Origin: Mobula hypostoma
Lineage: Eukaryota
Assembly: GCF_963921235.1 (NCBI RefSeq)
Contig: NC_086108.1
Coordinates: 45,200,001 to 45,264,000, forward strand
Length of the DNA stretch: 64,000 bases
Reading direction: 5' to 3'
Of this stretch, positions 49,328 through 61,955 are shown piece by piece. Below the pieces are notes generated by a model. It was given only the letters and a program-made list of their open reading frames with translations, searched no databases and was not told the origin of the DNA. Each line of letters opens with the position of its first letter. Position 1 is the first letter of the stretch. A program made the translations under genes and the position numbers.

Positions 49328-50676
49328 GTGGGAAAGATGCTGGAGTCAATTATAAAAGATGAAATTACAACACATCTGGATAGCAGTAACAGGATCGGTT
49401 CGAGTCAGCATGGATTTACGAAGGGGAAATCATGCTTGACTAATCTTCTGGAATGTTTTGAGGATGTAACTATGAAAATAGACAAGGGAGAGCCAGTGGA
49501 TGTAGTGTACCTGGACTTTCAGAAAACCTTTGATAAAGTCCCACATAGGAGATTAGTGGGCAAAATTAGGGCACATGATATTGGGGACAGAGTACTGACA
49601 TGGATTGAAAATTGGCTGGCTGACAGAAAACAAACAGTAGCGATTAATGGGTCCCTTTCGGAATGGCAGGCGGTGACCAGTGGGGCACCACAGGGTTCAG
49701 TGCTGGGACCGCAGCTGTTTACAATATATATTAATGATTTAGATGAGGGAATTAAAAGTAACATTAGCAAATTTTCCGATGACACAAAGCTGGGTGGCAG
49801 TGTGAAATGTGAGGAGGATGTTATGAGAATGCAGGGTGACTTGAACAGGCTGGGTGAGTGGACAGATGCATGGCAGATGCAGTTTAATGTGGATAAATGT
49901 GAGGTTATCCACTTTGGTGGTAAGAAAAGGAAGGCAGATTATTATCTAAATGGAGTCACATTAGGAAAAGGGGAAGCACAACAAGATCTAGGTGTTCTTG
50001 TACATCAGCCACTGAAAGCAAGCATGCAAATACAGCAGGCAGTGAAGAAAGCTAATGGCATGCTGGCCTTCATAACAATGGAATTGAGTATAGGAGCAAA
50101 GAGGTCCTTCTGCAGCTGTACAGGGCCCTGATGAGACCACACCTGCAGTTTTGGTCTCCAAATTTGAGGAAGGATATTCTTGCTATTGAGGGAGTGCAGC
50201 GTAGGTTCACAAGGTTAATTCCCGGGATGGTGGGACTGTCATATGTCGAAAGATTGGAGCGTCTGGGCTTGTATACTCTGGAATTTAGAAGGCTGAGAGG
50301 GGATCTTAATAAGGGATTGGACACGCTGGAGGCAGGAAGCATGTTCCCGTTGATGGCTGAGTCCAGAACCAGAGACCACAGTTTAAGAATAAGGGGTAGG
50401 CCATTTAGAATGGAGTTGAGGAAAAACTTTTTCACCCAGAGAGTCAGAGAGTGGTGGATATATGGAATGCTCTGCCCCAGAAGGCTGTGGAGGCCAAGTC
50501 TCTGGATGCTTTCAAGAAAGAGATGGATAGAGCTCTTAAAGATAGCAGAATCAAAGGTTATGGGGAGAAGGCAGGAACTGGATACTGATTGTGGATGATC
50601 AGCCATGATCACAGTGAATGGCGGTGCTGGCTCGAAGGGCCGAATGGCCTACTCCTGCATCTATTGTCTATTGTCA
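49328..50676 (+). mobile_element. CR1 LINE 3' portion (RT), relatively well preserved
   Basis: QHGFTKGKSCLTNLL, YLDFQKTFDKV, PQGSVLGP and KFSDD. The tail is (CTATTGT)2. Confidence 0.92.
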
Positions 50677-51029
50677 AATGATCTATTGCTAATTGCTATG
50701 GAAATAGATAAATTAAAAAGGGGTCATTACAGCCTTCTACAATATTTGTTTAGGTTCAGTCTTGGGCTCTATGCTTAAAGTAATAACAACTCTGGCGAAA
50801 TACAGCATGAATATATTGGGATAATTCAAGTGTTAAGAAAATTAAACTGAAAGGAAACTGGGGATACAATTTCTCAAACTGAAAAGATAAAATGCAGTTT
50901 TGAAAGTGGTATCATAAATGTACAAACTAATTAAGATTATTTGCAATGTCAATTAAATTAGAAGTTTGTGATTACAAACTAAAAAAGATGAGAACTAATG
51001 AGGGTTCAGTCTGAAGACATATTTCAATA

Positions 51030-51806
51030 TCAGCAAGACAAAAGGGCTGATTGTCAGCTTTAGGAAGGGTAAGACAAAGGAGCATATACCAATCCTCATA
51101 GAGGGAGCAGCTTCAAGTTCCTCAGTGTCAAGATCTCTGAGGATCTAACCTGGTTCCCTACATATCAATACTGTATAGTTATAAAGAAAGCAAGACAGCG
51201 GATATACCTTATTAGGAGTTTGAAGAGATTTGGCATGTCAACAAATACACTCAAAAACTTGTATAGTTGTACCATGGAGGGTATTCTGCCAGGCTGCATC
51301 ACTGTCTGGTATGGAGGGGCTACTGCACAGGACCGAAAGAAACTGCAGAAGGTTGTAAGTCTAGTCAGCTCCATCTTGGGCACTAGCCTACAAAGTACCC
51401 AGGACATCCTTACAGAGTGGTGTCTCAGAAAGGCAGCGTCCATTATTAAAGACTGTCGGCACCCAGGGCATGCCCTCTTCTCACTGTTACCATCAGGTAG
51501 GAGATTCAGAAGCCTGAAGGCACACACTCAGTGATTCAGGAACAGCTTCTTCCCCTCTGCCTTCTGATTCCCGAATGGACATTGAAGCTTTGGACACTAT
51601 CTCACCTTTTTTAATATACAGTATTTCTGTTTTTGCACATTTTCAAAAATCTATACAATATACATAATTGATTTACTTGTTTATTTATTATTATGTTTTT
51701 TTTCTCTCTCTCTGCTAGATTATGTATTATATTGAACTGCTGCTGCTAAGTTAACAAATTTCACATCACATGCCGGAGATAATAAACCTGATTCTGATTC
51801 TGATTC
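51030..51806 (+). mobile_element. Rex1/Babar-type LINE 3' fragment
   Basis: RKAASIIKDCRHPGHALFSLLPSGRRFRSL. The tail is AATAAACC(TGATTC)3. Confidence 0.85.
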
Positions 51807-52169
51807 GATACAGCTATTGTTATGAGGATTGTTCAACATAAAATCTTACTGGATACTTAAAGTATTTCAAAAGAATGTGATGTGAATTGAGGAAAAGGCT
51901 GATAAGTTTTGGGTGAAGGAAGGAAAATTGAACTTACTGTACTTAACCTCTTTCAATTCAAACAAAAATGTCCTGGAGAGCCCCCAGCTCAGCTGAAACA
52001 TTGAGGCATATGTGGGCATTATTAAGTCATACTTGTAGAAACCCTACATACATGAATGATTAGGCAAGGACAAGGTTGGGGGCTGTGATAATCTGAAAAA
52101 AGATTGCAAGTTTGGTCCTTACACAAAAAAAAGTGATCATTTGGGCAATATTCACTTAAGCATACTGTA

Positions 52170-53331
52170 GTAAGGTTCCCACGTGAGGCTCATTCAGGAA
52201 GTAAAGAGGCATGGGATCCAAGGGGTCCTTGTTTTGTGGGTCCAGAATTGGCTTACCCACAGAAGGCAAAGGGTGGTTGTAGCTGGTTTGCATTCTGCAT
52301 GGAGGATAGTGACCAGTGGTATTACACAGAGATCTGTTCTGGGATCCCTCCTCTTTGTGATTTTTATAAACGACCTGGATGAGGAAGTTGAAGGGTGGGT
52401 TAGTAAGTTTGCTGATGACACAAAAGTTGGGGGTGTTGTGGATAGTCTGGAGGTTTATCAGAGGTTACAGCCTGACATCAATAGGATGCAGAACTGGGTT
52501 GAGAAGTTGCAGATGGAGTTCAACCCAGATAAGCGTGAAGAGGTTCATTTCAGTAGGTCAAGTTTGAAGACAGAATATAATATTAACTGTAAGACTCTTG
52601 GCAGTGTGGAGGATCAGTGAGATCCTGGGGTCCATGTCCATAGGATACTCAAAGCTGCTGCACAGGTGGACAGTGTTGTTAAGAAAGTGAATGTTGTGTT
52701 GGCCTTCATCAACCGTGGGATTGAGCTCAAGAACCGTGAGGTAATATTACAGCTATATTAGACCTTGGTCAGGCCCCACTTGGAGTACTGTGTTCAGTTC
52801 TGGTCACCTCACTACAGGTAGGATGTGGATACCATAGAGAGAGTGCAGAGGAGATTTATAAGGATGCTAGCTGTATTGGAGAGCATGCCTTATGAGAATA
52901 GGTTGAGTGAACTTGGCCTTTTCTCCTTGGAGAGACAGAGGATGAGAGGTGACCTGATAGAGGTGTACAAGATAACGAGGAGCATTGATCATGTGGATAG
53001 CTAGAGGCTTTTTCCCAGGGATGAAATGACTAGCACGAGAGGACGTAGTTTTAAGGTGCTTGGAAATAGGTACAAGGGGGATGTCAGGAGCAAGTTTTTC
53101 ACACAGAGAGTGGTGGGTGCGTGGAATGCACTGCCAGCGAAGGTGATAGAGGCGGATATAACAGGGTCTTTTAAGAGACTCTTAGATAGGTACATGGAGC
53201 TTAGAAAAGTAGAGGGCTATGCGGTAGGGAAATTCTAAGCAGTTTCTGGAGTAGGTTGCATGGTCGGCACAATATTGTGGGCCAAAGGGCCTGGAATATG
53301 CTGTAGATCTCTACATTCTATGTTATGTTCT
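52170..53331 (+). mobile_element. CR1 LINE 3' portion
   Basis: FINDLDEEVEGWVSKFADDTK and FFTQRVVGAWNALP. The tail is ...TTCTATGTTATGTTCTA. Confidence 0.9.
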
Positions 53332-54459
53332 AATATTTAGTCACTGAAACTGAATGAATCACCAGTTTCAGGAAGGATAAGTGGGGGGAGAAGAAAGAGG
53401 CTGGAACAAAATTTGTTTTCTGTAAGACCATTGTAACCACACCATCTAAGGATTTACATAATACATTGATAAAATAAATTACATATATAAAATGACTTTG
53501 CAGATTTTTATAGATGTAGTAATGTGGTTTACTTTGAATTATCATGGAGTAAGCTGTGTGTTTATGTTAAGTTATTTCTGTGAACTGTATTATGCCTGGT
53601 AACAGTGTTGGCAGGGGTTCCTGAATCTAAAATTGAAGATTAGATTAATTCCGCTTTGTTGGGTTTGTTCCCCCTTCTGTTTTTAATCTTTTTCTCCATT
53701 TGTGTTAAGCACTATATGTCTCACACAGTATTGCCAAGAGCAATCATTCTGCTAGTTATAAGATAGATGTCAAGATGATTTGCTACAGTTAGTTGAATGG
53801 GCTGAACTTTGCTGGTTATGATCCAATCCCAGCAAGTGTTTTCTGTTACAAAAAAACCCTAAAATCATCAATTAAAAGAACTCAACTCATATGTTTCTCT
53901 TTCAAAAAGCTCACACAGTTTCAGCAACATTCTGTATATATTCTTGGATGTTTCTTTATCCTATTGGCTGGATGAGATAACTCCTTTTATAAATTAAATA
54001 CAACTGCATGTTAACTGGCCTTCCCAGTGCTCTAGGTATGTGTTTAGTCAAGTATGGTAACTCAGCTCTTGGATTATTGACTTGGTGGATGACATATGTA
54101 GCTCCTAGGAGACTGTGGACAGGATAATTTAACATGGTGTAAAGGTTCCAACTTCAGAATCATCATCATTACTCTGCTGTTGTTTGGAGTCATTATGCTG
54201 AGGTCATTTACAGATCGATTTGCCTTATTAACCAGAGGAAGGTGTGTCAGAGAAATCTGAGTTGCATTCCTGTATTACATAAATACATTAAGGGATTATT
54301 GTAATTTGTGCTGTCAGCCAGTGCTCTGGTAAGGTACATTGTGTCTAAGAGCAATTGGCATTTGGTTTCTTAGAATTTTGTGTGGACATTAAAAACAAAA
54401 TGTATGAATATAAATATAATTGCCCTGTTCAGAAATTAAAATATGTTCAGGTTCCAATA

Positions 54460-54701
54460 TAGACCATAAGACAAAGGAGCAGAAGTCGGCCATTCGGCCC
54501 ATCGAGTCTGCTCCGCCATTTTATCATGAGCTGATCCATTCTCCCATTTAGTCCCACTCCCCCGCCTTCTCACCATAACCTTTGATGCCCTGGCTCCTCA
54601 AATACTTATCAATCTCTGCCTTAAATACACCCAATGACTTGGCCTCCACTGCCGCCCGTGGCAACAAATTCCATAGATTCACCACCCTCTGGCTAAAAAA
54701 A
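54460..54701 (-). mobile_element. Short CR1 3' end
   Basis: FFSQRVVNLWNLLPRAAVEAKSLGVFKAEIDKYL followed by a CR1-type 3' UTR. Confidence 0.85.
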
Positions 54702-56151
54702 TTTATAACCAGAGCATGAAACAAGAAGATAGCATCAAGCTTTATTGTTAGCTTAGATGCCTGTACAGTTGCAGACAAGGCTGAATTAAATCCAGTCCAG
54801 CTTGGAAGGGTCGATAATGAAAAGAGTAAGAGTCTGCAGATGCATGATAAGGCAGGGAGAGTCTGTTCCATGTGAAGAGGTGGGAAATTATGGAAATATC
54901 AGGCTGTGGAGGAGTGACAAAATTATCCTGTAGAAAAACTATAGAAATTCTGGGAGTCAGGATTTATGTGATAAATGTGGTTGTGAGATATAAAAGGTTC
55001 ACATTGATCAGGTTTTCCCTGCATGTAGTACTCAAGAAGATGGTGGTAGCGAGCCTGTTATCCAGGGTGAACCTAGGACTGAGTTGCAGAACTGGTCCTA
55101 TGATATAGCCATGGCTAGGCAAGACATGTTCAGGAGACGCAAATGATGTAGAACGATAACACACCTAACAGAAGGCAATGTATCAGAGTTGAGGGCATCT
55201 GGAGTGCACACACATCTTGGATGGTAAGCACTCCATTACTGTTGAGTAGATCTCAGAAGTTAATGAAGTGTATAGACAATTTATAGCTGATAAGTCTAGT
55301 TAAATACATATATATTTAACCTGGTGCAAAATTGTCTGCATGTAAAAAAATATTGTGGGTAAGATTTTATATGTGTGATGGTGATGATGAGTGAGTCTCT
55401 TTACTTTCTGTTAAGGGGAAATGATGAATTATAACTGAATGTGAAAATACATTTAAGAACTACAATTCCAATTTTTGTGACTCTGATACATTTTTATACT
55501 AACCACTTCTCTTGAATGAGTCTTGATATTTTGTTGCTAATTCTTCTGAAGAGCAACTCCAATGAGCCAAAGAGCACAGGAGAGATTACATATTGATAGA
55601 TGAGGCTTGATAGTCAACTGGAGTCTTCTTTCACATTTTCTTATGTTGAAGTCTGAATGTTTTAAATTATGAACAGGAGAAATATATTTATGCTCAGATT
55701 TCCATTTGAAATTCTCAGTAACTTTGGTTGGGTCTCCAGTACCAATATTACTGCTGTCTTTTCCTGAACAGGTCGCTGCCCATTGCTGTCAGGTTAAAGA
55801 TAGGGACCTGGTCCTGGACAACAGTTTGTGGACTCAGCTCCCAGATATGTGAGAACCTGGGCCTTCTATCCAACTGTAAAAGTAACTCAAGTGGGTTTTC
55901 TGCCCACTCAATATGTAATTACTCCTTCTCTGTCAGTATCTGTTATGTCAAATCAGCCAAAAACATTTAGAACTTTTTTACCCTCACTTATTAAAAACAG
56001 GACCTCTGAACTTTTGCAGTTGTATCATTTAATCATTTCTGAACATCTGCGAGAGTGAGCATGGAAATACAGAGATTGAAACAAATGATAAACATGAGAA
56101 ATTAAATTCATATAAAAGTAAATAAACAGATAAAATTAATATTGTCTAAAG

Positions 56152-56231
56152 CAGGGGTTCCTGACCTAGGGTCCACAGACCCCTTGCTTAATGGTGTTGG
56201 TCCATGGCATAAAAAAGGTTGGGAACCCTTG
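56152..56231. mobile_element. 80-bp hAT (Charlie-like) MITE
   Basis: Termini CAGGGGTTCC / GGAACCCTTG. Perfect 8-bp TSD GTCTAAAG at 56144-56151 and 56232-56239. Confidence 0.9.
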
Positions 56232-57154
56232 GTCTAAAGCATGGAGCCTAATAAAGAAATGACAGTCATATTCTGATGTATGTTTCTTTGCAAAGCCTAA
56301 CCGGAATAAGTTCAAGAGAGTTTAATGATACTGATTAAAAATAAGTTAAATTTTGGGTAAGTTTTCCTTTTCCAGCATTCTCTACTTTCCTGAACACACT
56401 GGGCTAGAAATTGTGTGGTGCCCAGCAATGCATATTGGACACATGCCAATTTCTTGCAGCACAGTGAGGAAACTTTTTTTTTAATGTATGGAAAGGGCAA
56501 GAAATTCTGTGCATGAGTGACCCAATTTCCACAGGTTTATTATCCTAAATGGCCAACCGATCCCAAGTCCTAATAGAAGAAAAAGCAAGGCTTCTCTTGA
56601 TCATAATTTGTTGGAGATCAGTTTGCTGGCTTTGGTGGCGGACTTGTAGGCAGTGGTTCAGACAAGACAGGCTTTTAGACTTGTGCTTGAGCAGATGGTT
56701 ATTTTCGTTATTTAGACTCGCGGAATTTTTCTGTGCATGCATGATCCAGACATTCAGTAGTGTCAACAAACTCACATAGAATAGCTACCATGCCTAAAGT
56801 ATATCACGTGCACAAAAGCTGCCAAATCTATTTCACATACCATTTATGACAGAATTCAGTGACATGCTGACTAAAGTTTAAAATGGTTGGAAAACAAATG
56901 AACTTGAAGTTGGTCTGCTTAGAGTACAAAGTATATTGCTGATTTGCTATTTTACATTTCTGTCATTAACTACTTTGCATCTTTTGTAGCCTGGGGAAAA
57001 GTACGCACTCAGGGCAACAAATACTTTTTCGGGTTTTAATTCCTTTATCTGTTTTAGATGTTTACGTGCCAGAAGAGGGTCTCAAAACAAAATGAATGAA
57101 TTTACAACTAGTTCTTGCTGTTACAATCTCAGTTTAACTTTTGATCCACATCCT

Positions 57155-57870
57155 TGTGTAGCGGCAAATTGCGTATGCAGTATAAAAATACATAAAGCAA
57201 ACCGCACAAAACTAATACAGAACTAATACGGTCGTGGCAATTCTGAAGGAACACAATACAAACTATGTTAGAATCCCCCCAACCCTACATCTTATACATA
57301 GCAGCGAAAATGTAAGCGAATACATCTCACCTAAGACATACACACGTGCTGAACTTCCAAACAGAGACTAAACATTCACGTTACACGGTTACATTCACAA
57401 TCAGTCCTGATACAATAAAGTTAGATAAAAGGTACACTTTGGCACAAATTTTACAAGATATTGCCTGGTAGTTAAATTACAGGAAGCCTGACCTACTTGG
57501 CTGGTGAGGAACTTTGCACAAGCCATGCTATCCAGTGTCGATGCCTTCACTCGTGAAAATCTAAAGCATCCACATGTAAATCATGTCAAATTACCAATAT
57601 TCTGGATTCACCAACAAGCATAAATGAATTCACATGGATATCGTCAATTAATGCTCATCTTTCCTCACCATGCCCAGCATCTCTGGGAGGAACTCAATTC
57701 CAAAGCTTCTTCAGCAGAAACAAAATGGTCTCCCCACTATCCCGCGCATGTGTAGTGACATCACTGTCTCCCCTTAAAGGCACAGACAACTATTCTAGCA
57801 TTACCCGGATGGATGCCTAGGTACACTTTTAACGATACTGAATAAGATTCAACGGTCACCCGGTTACACA
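57155..57870. mobile_element. Candidate solo LTR
   Basis: Inverted termini TGTGTAGCGG / CCGGTTACACA. The flanks TCCT/TCTT could be a TSD with 1 mismatch. More CpG than the surroundings. Confidence 0.45.
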
Positions 57871-60379
57871 TCTTTTAAATTTGCTGAGTTATCCAACTAT
57901 GAATTATTCCAAAGTTATTCAATAGTGTCTTCACGGAGTACTGTACATATCATGAGCTCTTCCTGTTTCTGCTGAACTATTTGGAAATCTTCATCCCGAG
58001 ACCTTGGTATATGTTGATCAAAAATTATCTGTTTCTGCATCAGTAAAAGTTGGTCTATTAAGAGTGCATCAGTGATATTGGTGCTGAACCAAACTGTTGC
58101 AAGCAACGACTGCAATGCTGAAGGAATGTCGGTGAAGTACCAAAATGAAATGAGGATTGCATAAGTGTTGTTCTTGGGAAGCATGGCAAGAAATACAATA
58201 GAATCAATGAAACACTACACACAAACAGAGACTGAGAAGCAACCAATGTGCAAAAGAAGACAAGCTGTGCAAATAACAAAAAACAATATTATTAATAATA
58301 ATAAATAAATAATACTGAGAACATGAGTCGTAGCTTCCTTGAAAGTGAGTCCATAGGTTGTGGAATCAGTTCACAGCTGAGGAGACCTAGGAATTGTGTA
58401 AGGCAATGCTGGTTTCCAGATCACACATAATGATCTGTACTAATGATTACTTATTTCAATTTGTTATACAGCTCTGTATTGCTGCCTAGTTATGAAGCAT
58501 TCTATTAAATGTGTCACTTGCACATCAGACGAATGGTATTGCTTCAATGTACTAACTACAGGTTAGCTAACAAAATTGTACAAAATATATCAGGAAACTA
58601 AGCATTAGATAAATTCATTGCTGCATCAACCTGGCATTGTTCAAGTTAATTAACCAGTGTCAAACCACAAATGATCTGTAACTTCCATCTGATTCAGCAT
58701 TCCCAGTCTTTTCTATTAGAAACTGATGAATTTACTTTTGAGTATTTGTAATGGTGAAGTTAAAAAGAAGTCCAGGAAAGGTTCCTCCTCTCATGTAGCT
58801 TGAGTTAAACTGAAGGAAGCTCACAAGATAATATAAAGTCCCTTTCCATTTGGTTGAAGTTTCAGTAGTAGATTTACCAATGTTGTCCCAGCTGAGGACA
58901 CATGCTCCTGATAATTCCTATGTATATTTAATAGCTATACTTAGGAAGTAACCAGAAGTGCATGCACAAGATGTGGCTATGGAATTGGGACCTAAATGTG
59001 GCATTCATGAACATGCTTCATTAAAACTGTTATACTGTCGGTTCTTGCTTCCATTTAACCGGAGCTGACTTGATGGGCCCAATGGAATAATTCTGTTCAT
59101 ATGTCTTATAGTCTAATCATCAGTAAAAGCATGAGAAAAACTGTCACATAGCTATGTTAAAAGCCTTCTTAGATGTTTTTCTACCTTGTTTACTGGTCTA
59201 AATCTGCAATTAATTTAGCTAAAATATGATTAAATACAATTTTTATAAGTCTCACTGAGAACATTAAAACTGAAGCTAAATTCCTCTTCGATTGTAAAAA
59301 GGTTTTATGTCAGTAATTATAGTTAATGTTACAATTATATATGCCCTATATTTTTACTCATTTTCAACCTCCAATCATTCCTGATTACAAAAGTGCATAT
59401 TAAAATATGGAAATATTTGCCTTACTAATTGGGTCAGAGTAAAGAATGAAGTAGAAGTATATCCAATAAAAGAAAGAGAGAGTGTCGAGCCTTGTAGATA
59501 CTAAGTTGGAATTATAACCACTTTAGAGAGCATTGTTCCATTGACTTTTCATAAGAATTATGAGCATTAGTAAATATAGTCAAAAAGTATTAATATTAAA
59601 GATAGTTAATTTACTATTAATCAAGTTTCAACCTAAACAGAATGAAGGATAGCAAAACCCAAAGTGATAAAGGAAGTATAAAGTAAGAATTAGGTTGAAC
59701 AGAATTCTTTCATTTTAATATTGGAATATAAAGACAAAGGGTAAAAGGTGGGGAAAAGAATGAGGAACTAAGAGAAGATTGATTGGGAGAACTTAACAGC
59801 TGGAATAAACAAAAAATCATTAACCAGAAAGATTTTTTTAAACGTATTTAGTAAACAGAAATTGAAATAACATCTTTTTGCACTCAAGCCACAAAATGAA
59901 ACTTGAAGCAAAGGAGCAGCAGAACTATACATGGATATCGTGTAGAATTTTACTTTTCCAGTGGTCTTAGTTTACCTGTCTTAGTTTCAAAGGTTGTGCA
60001 TTGTATGAATTTAGATCAAAAGGCTGTCTTTTGTGACTGGAATGCTTGTTACCAATCACTATGCTAAAATAGCATTTGTGTTATTTGTTAGTCTTGCAAT
60101 TTAATTGGGTTCATTACCTGATTCAAGGGATACACGAAAGACATGAGGGCTTAGGTTAAAATGTACATCAATGTGATAACCATTGGGGGAAACTTTTTTG
60201 GATTGATTTTAAGAGACCTCTTTGACCTTTTTTTCAGCATAATTTGTCAATGAACCATCATCTTGAATTTAGAGAAAAAAGTTCAAGAACCAGGAATAGA
60301 ATTGCCATATCTGGGCATTTTACTGATGCTGATCTAGCTATGGAGATGCAAATTGCCCTGTTGCTTCAAGGGCTAAGTA

Positions 60380-61410
60380 CAAAGTAAATTTATTATCAAA
60401 GTACATATGTGTTATCATATACAACCCTGAGATTTATTTTCTTGTGGGCATACTCAGTAAATCCAAGAAATATGATAGAATCAATGAAAGACCACATCCA
60501 ACAGGATGGACAAACAACCAATGTGCAAAAGACAACAAACTGCAAATACAAAGGAAAATTAAAAAGTAATAATAAATAAACAATAAATATCCAGAACATT
60601 AGATGAAGAGTCCTTGAAAGTGAGTCCACAAGTTGTGAGAATAGTTCAGTGATGGGCCAAGTGAAGTTGCGTGAATTTATCCCACTGGTTGAAGAACCTG
60701 ATGGTTGAGGGGTGTGGGTCTTGAGGCTTCTGCACCTTCTACCTCATGACAGCAGCAAGAAGAGAGCATGACCCGGGTGGTGGGGGTCCCGATGATGGAT
60801 GCTGCTTTCCTGCGACAGTGCTCTGTGTAGATGTGCTCAATGGTGGGGAGGGCTTTACCCGTGATGGACTGGGCCGTATCCACACTTTCTGTAGGATTTT
60901 CCATTCAAGTGCATTTGTATTTTCGTACTAGGCCATCAGTATACTCTCCAACACACTTATAGAAGTTTGTCAAAGTTTTAGATATTATACTGAATCTTTA
61001 CAGACTTCTAAGGACATAGAGGTGCTGTTGTGCTTTTTACATAATTACTGGGCCCAGGACAGGTCCTCTGAAGTGATAAACTGAGGAATTTAAAGTTGCT
61101 GACCCTCTCCACTTCTCATCCCCCAATGAGGACTGGCTCATGGACCTCTGGTTTCCTCCTCCTGTTGTTAATAATCAGCTCCTTGGTCTTGCTGATGTTA
61201 AGTAAGAGGTTGTTGTTGTGGCAACACTCAGCCAGATTTTCAGTCTCTCTCCTATATGCTGATTTGTCACCACCTTTGGTTTGGCCAGTGACAGTAGTGT
61301 CATCAGCAAACTTAAATATGACATTGGAGCTGTGCTTAGCCACACAGTCATAAGTGTAAATCGAGTAGAGCTGGGGACTAAGTACACAGATTTGTGGTGC
61401 ACCTGTGCTA
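60380..61410 (-). mobile_element. Rex1/Babar-type LINE 3' fragment
   Basis: IFKFADDTTVTG, LLLNISKTKELII and ITGKALPTIEHIY..RKAASII. Confidence 0.8.
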
Positions 61411-61719
61411 GGTAATAAGTAAAACTATTCATGGTTTTACTGAGTCCTTGAATCAACAGACCAATATGCATCTCACCTCCTTCATTTAAATGCCTTCAGA
61501 AAGTTTAAAAGCACCCTTGTGTATTATTACTGATGCTCCAAGGACCAGTATGGTAGCATTAAGTACTATTTTTCTTTAAGAGCTTATTGTTCAGATTGAC
61601 CTTGGAAAACTCTCTAGAACTCCTGCCCAGTAAGCTGGCCAATTCCCTAATTTTGATGCAGTTATCTGAGCAGTGTTCTGATCAAATGTAAATGAAGCAT
61701 TTGAAATGTAGTGGTGCAT

Positions 61720-61955
61720 GCCTCACCCCCACCCCCCTTCCTCCTCACCTGGTTTCACTCATCACTTGCCAGCATGTACTCCTTCCCCTACCCCCACTTT
61801 CTTATTCTGGCTTTCCCCCTTCCTTTCCAGTCCTGATGAAGGGTCTCAGCCCAAAATGTCAACTGTTTATTCCCCTCCATAGATACTGCCTGACTGGCTG
61901 CGTTCCTCCAGTCTTTTGTGTTTGTTGCTCAGGATTTCCAGCATCTGTAGAATCT
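61720..61955 (+). mobile_element. PLE terminal fragment with degenerate hammerhead (61828-61865)
   Basis: CAGTC-CTGATGA-AGGGTCTCAGCCC-AAAAT-GTC-AACTG, followed by the same downstream repeat (GATACTGCCTG...TTTCCAGCATCTG). Confidence 0.75.

Noticed and set aside
55772..55852. Possible next GLIS exon after ...ttttcctgaacag
   Set aside because: The phase-0 reading (VAAHCCQVKDRDL...) hits a stop and shows no GLIS similarity. The next exon was not recognised in this window.
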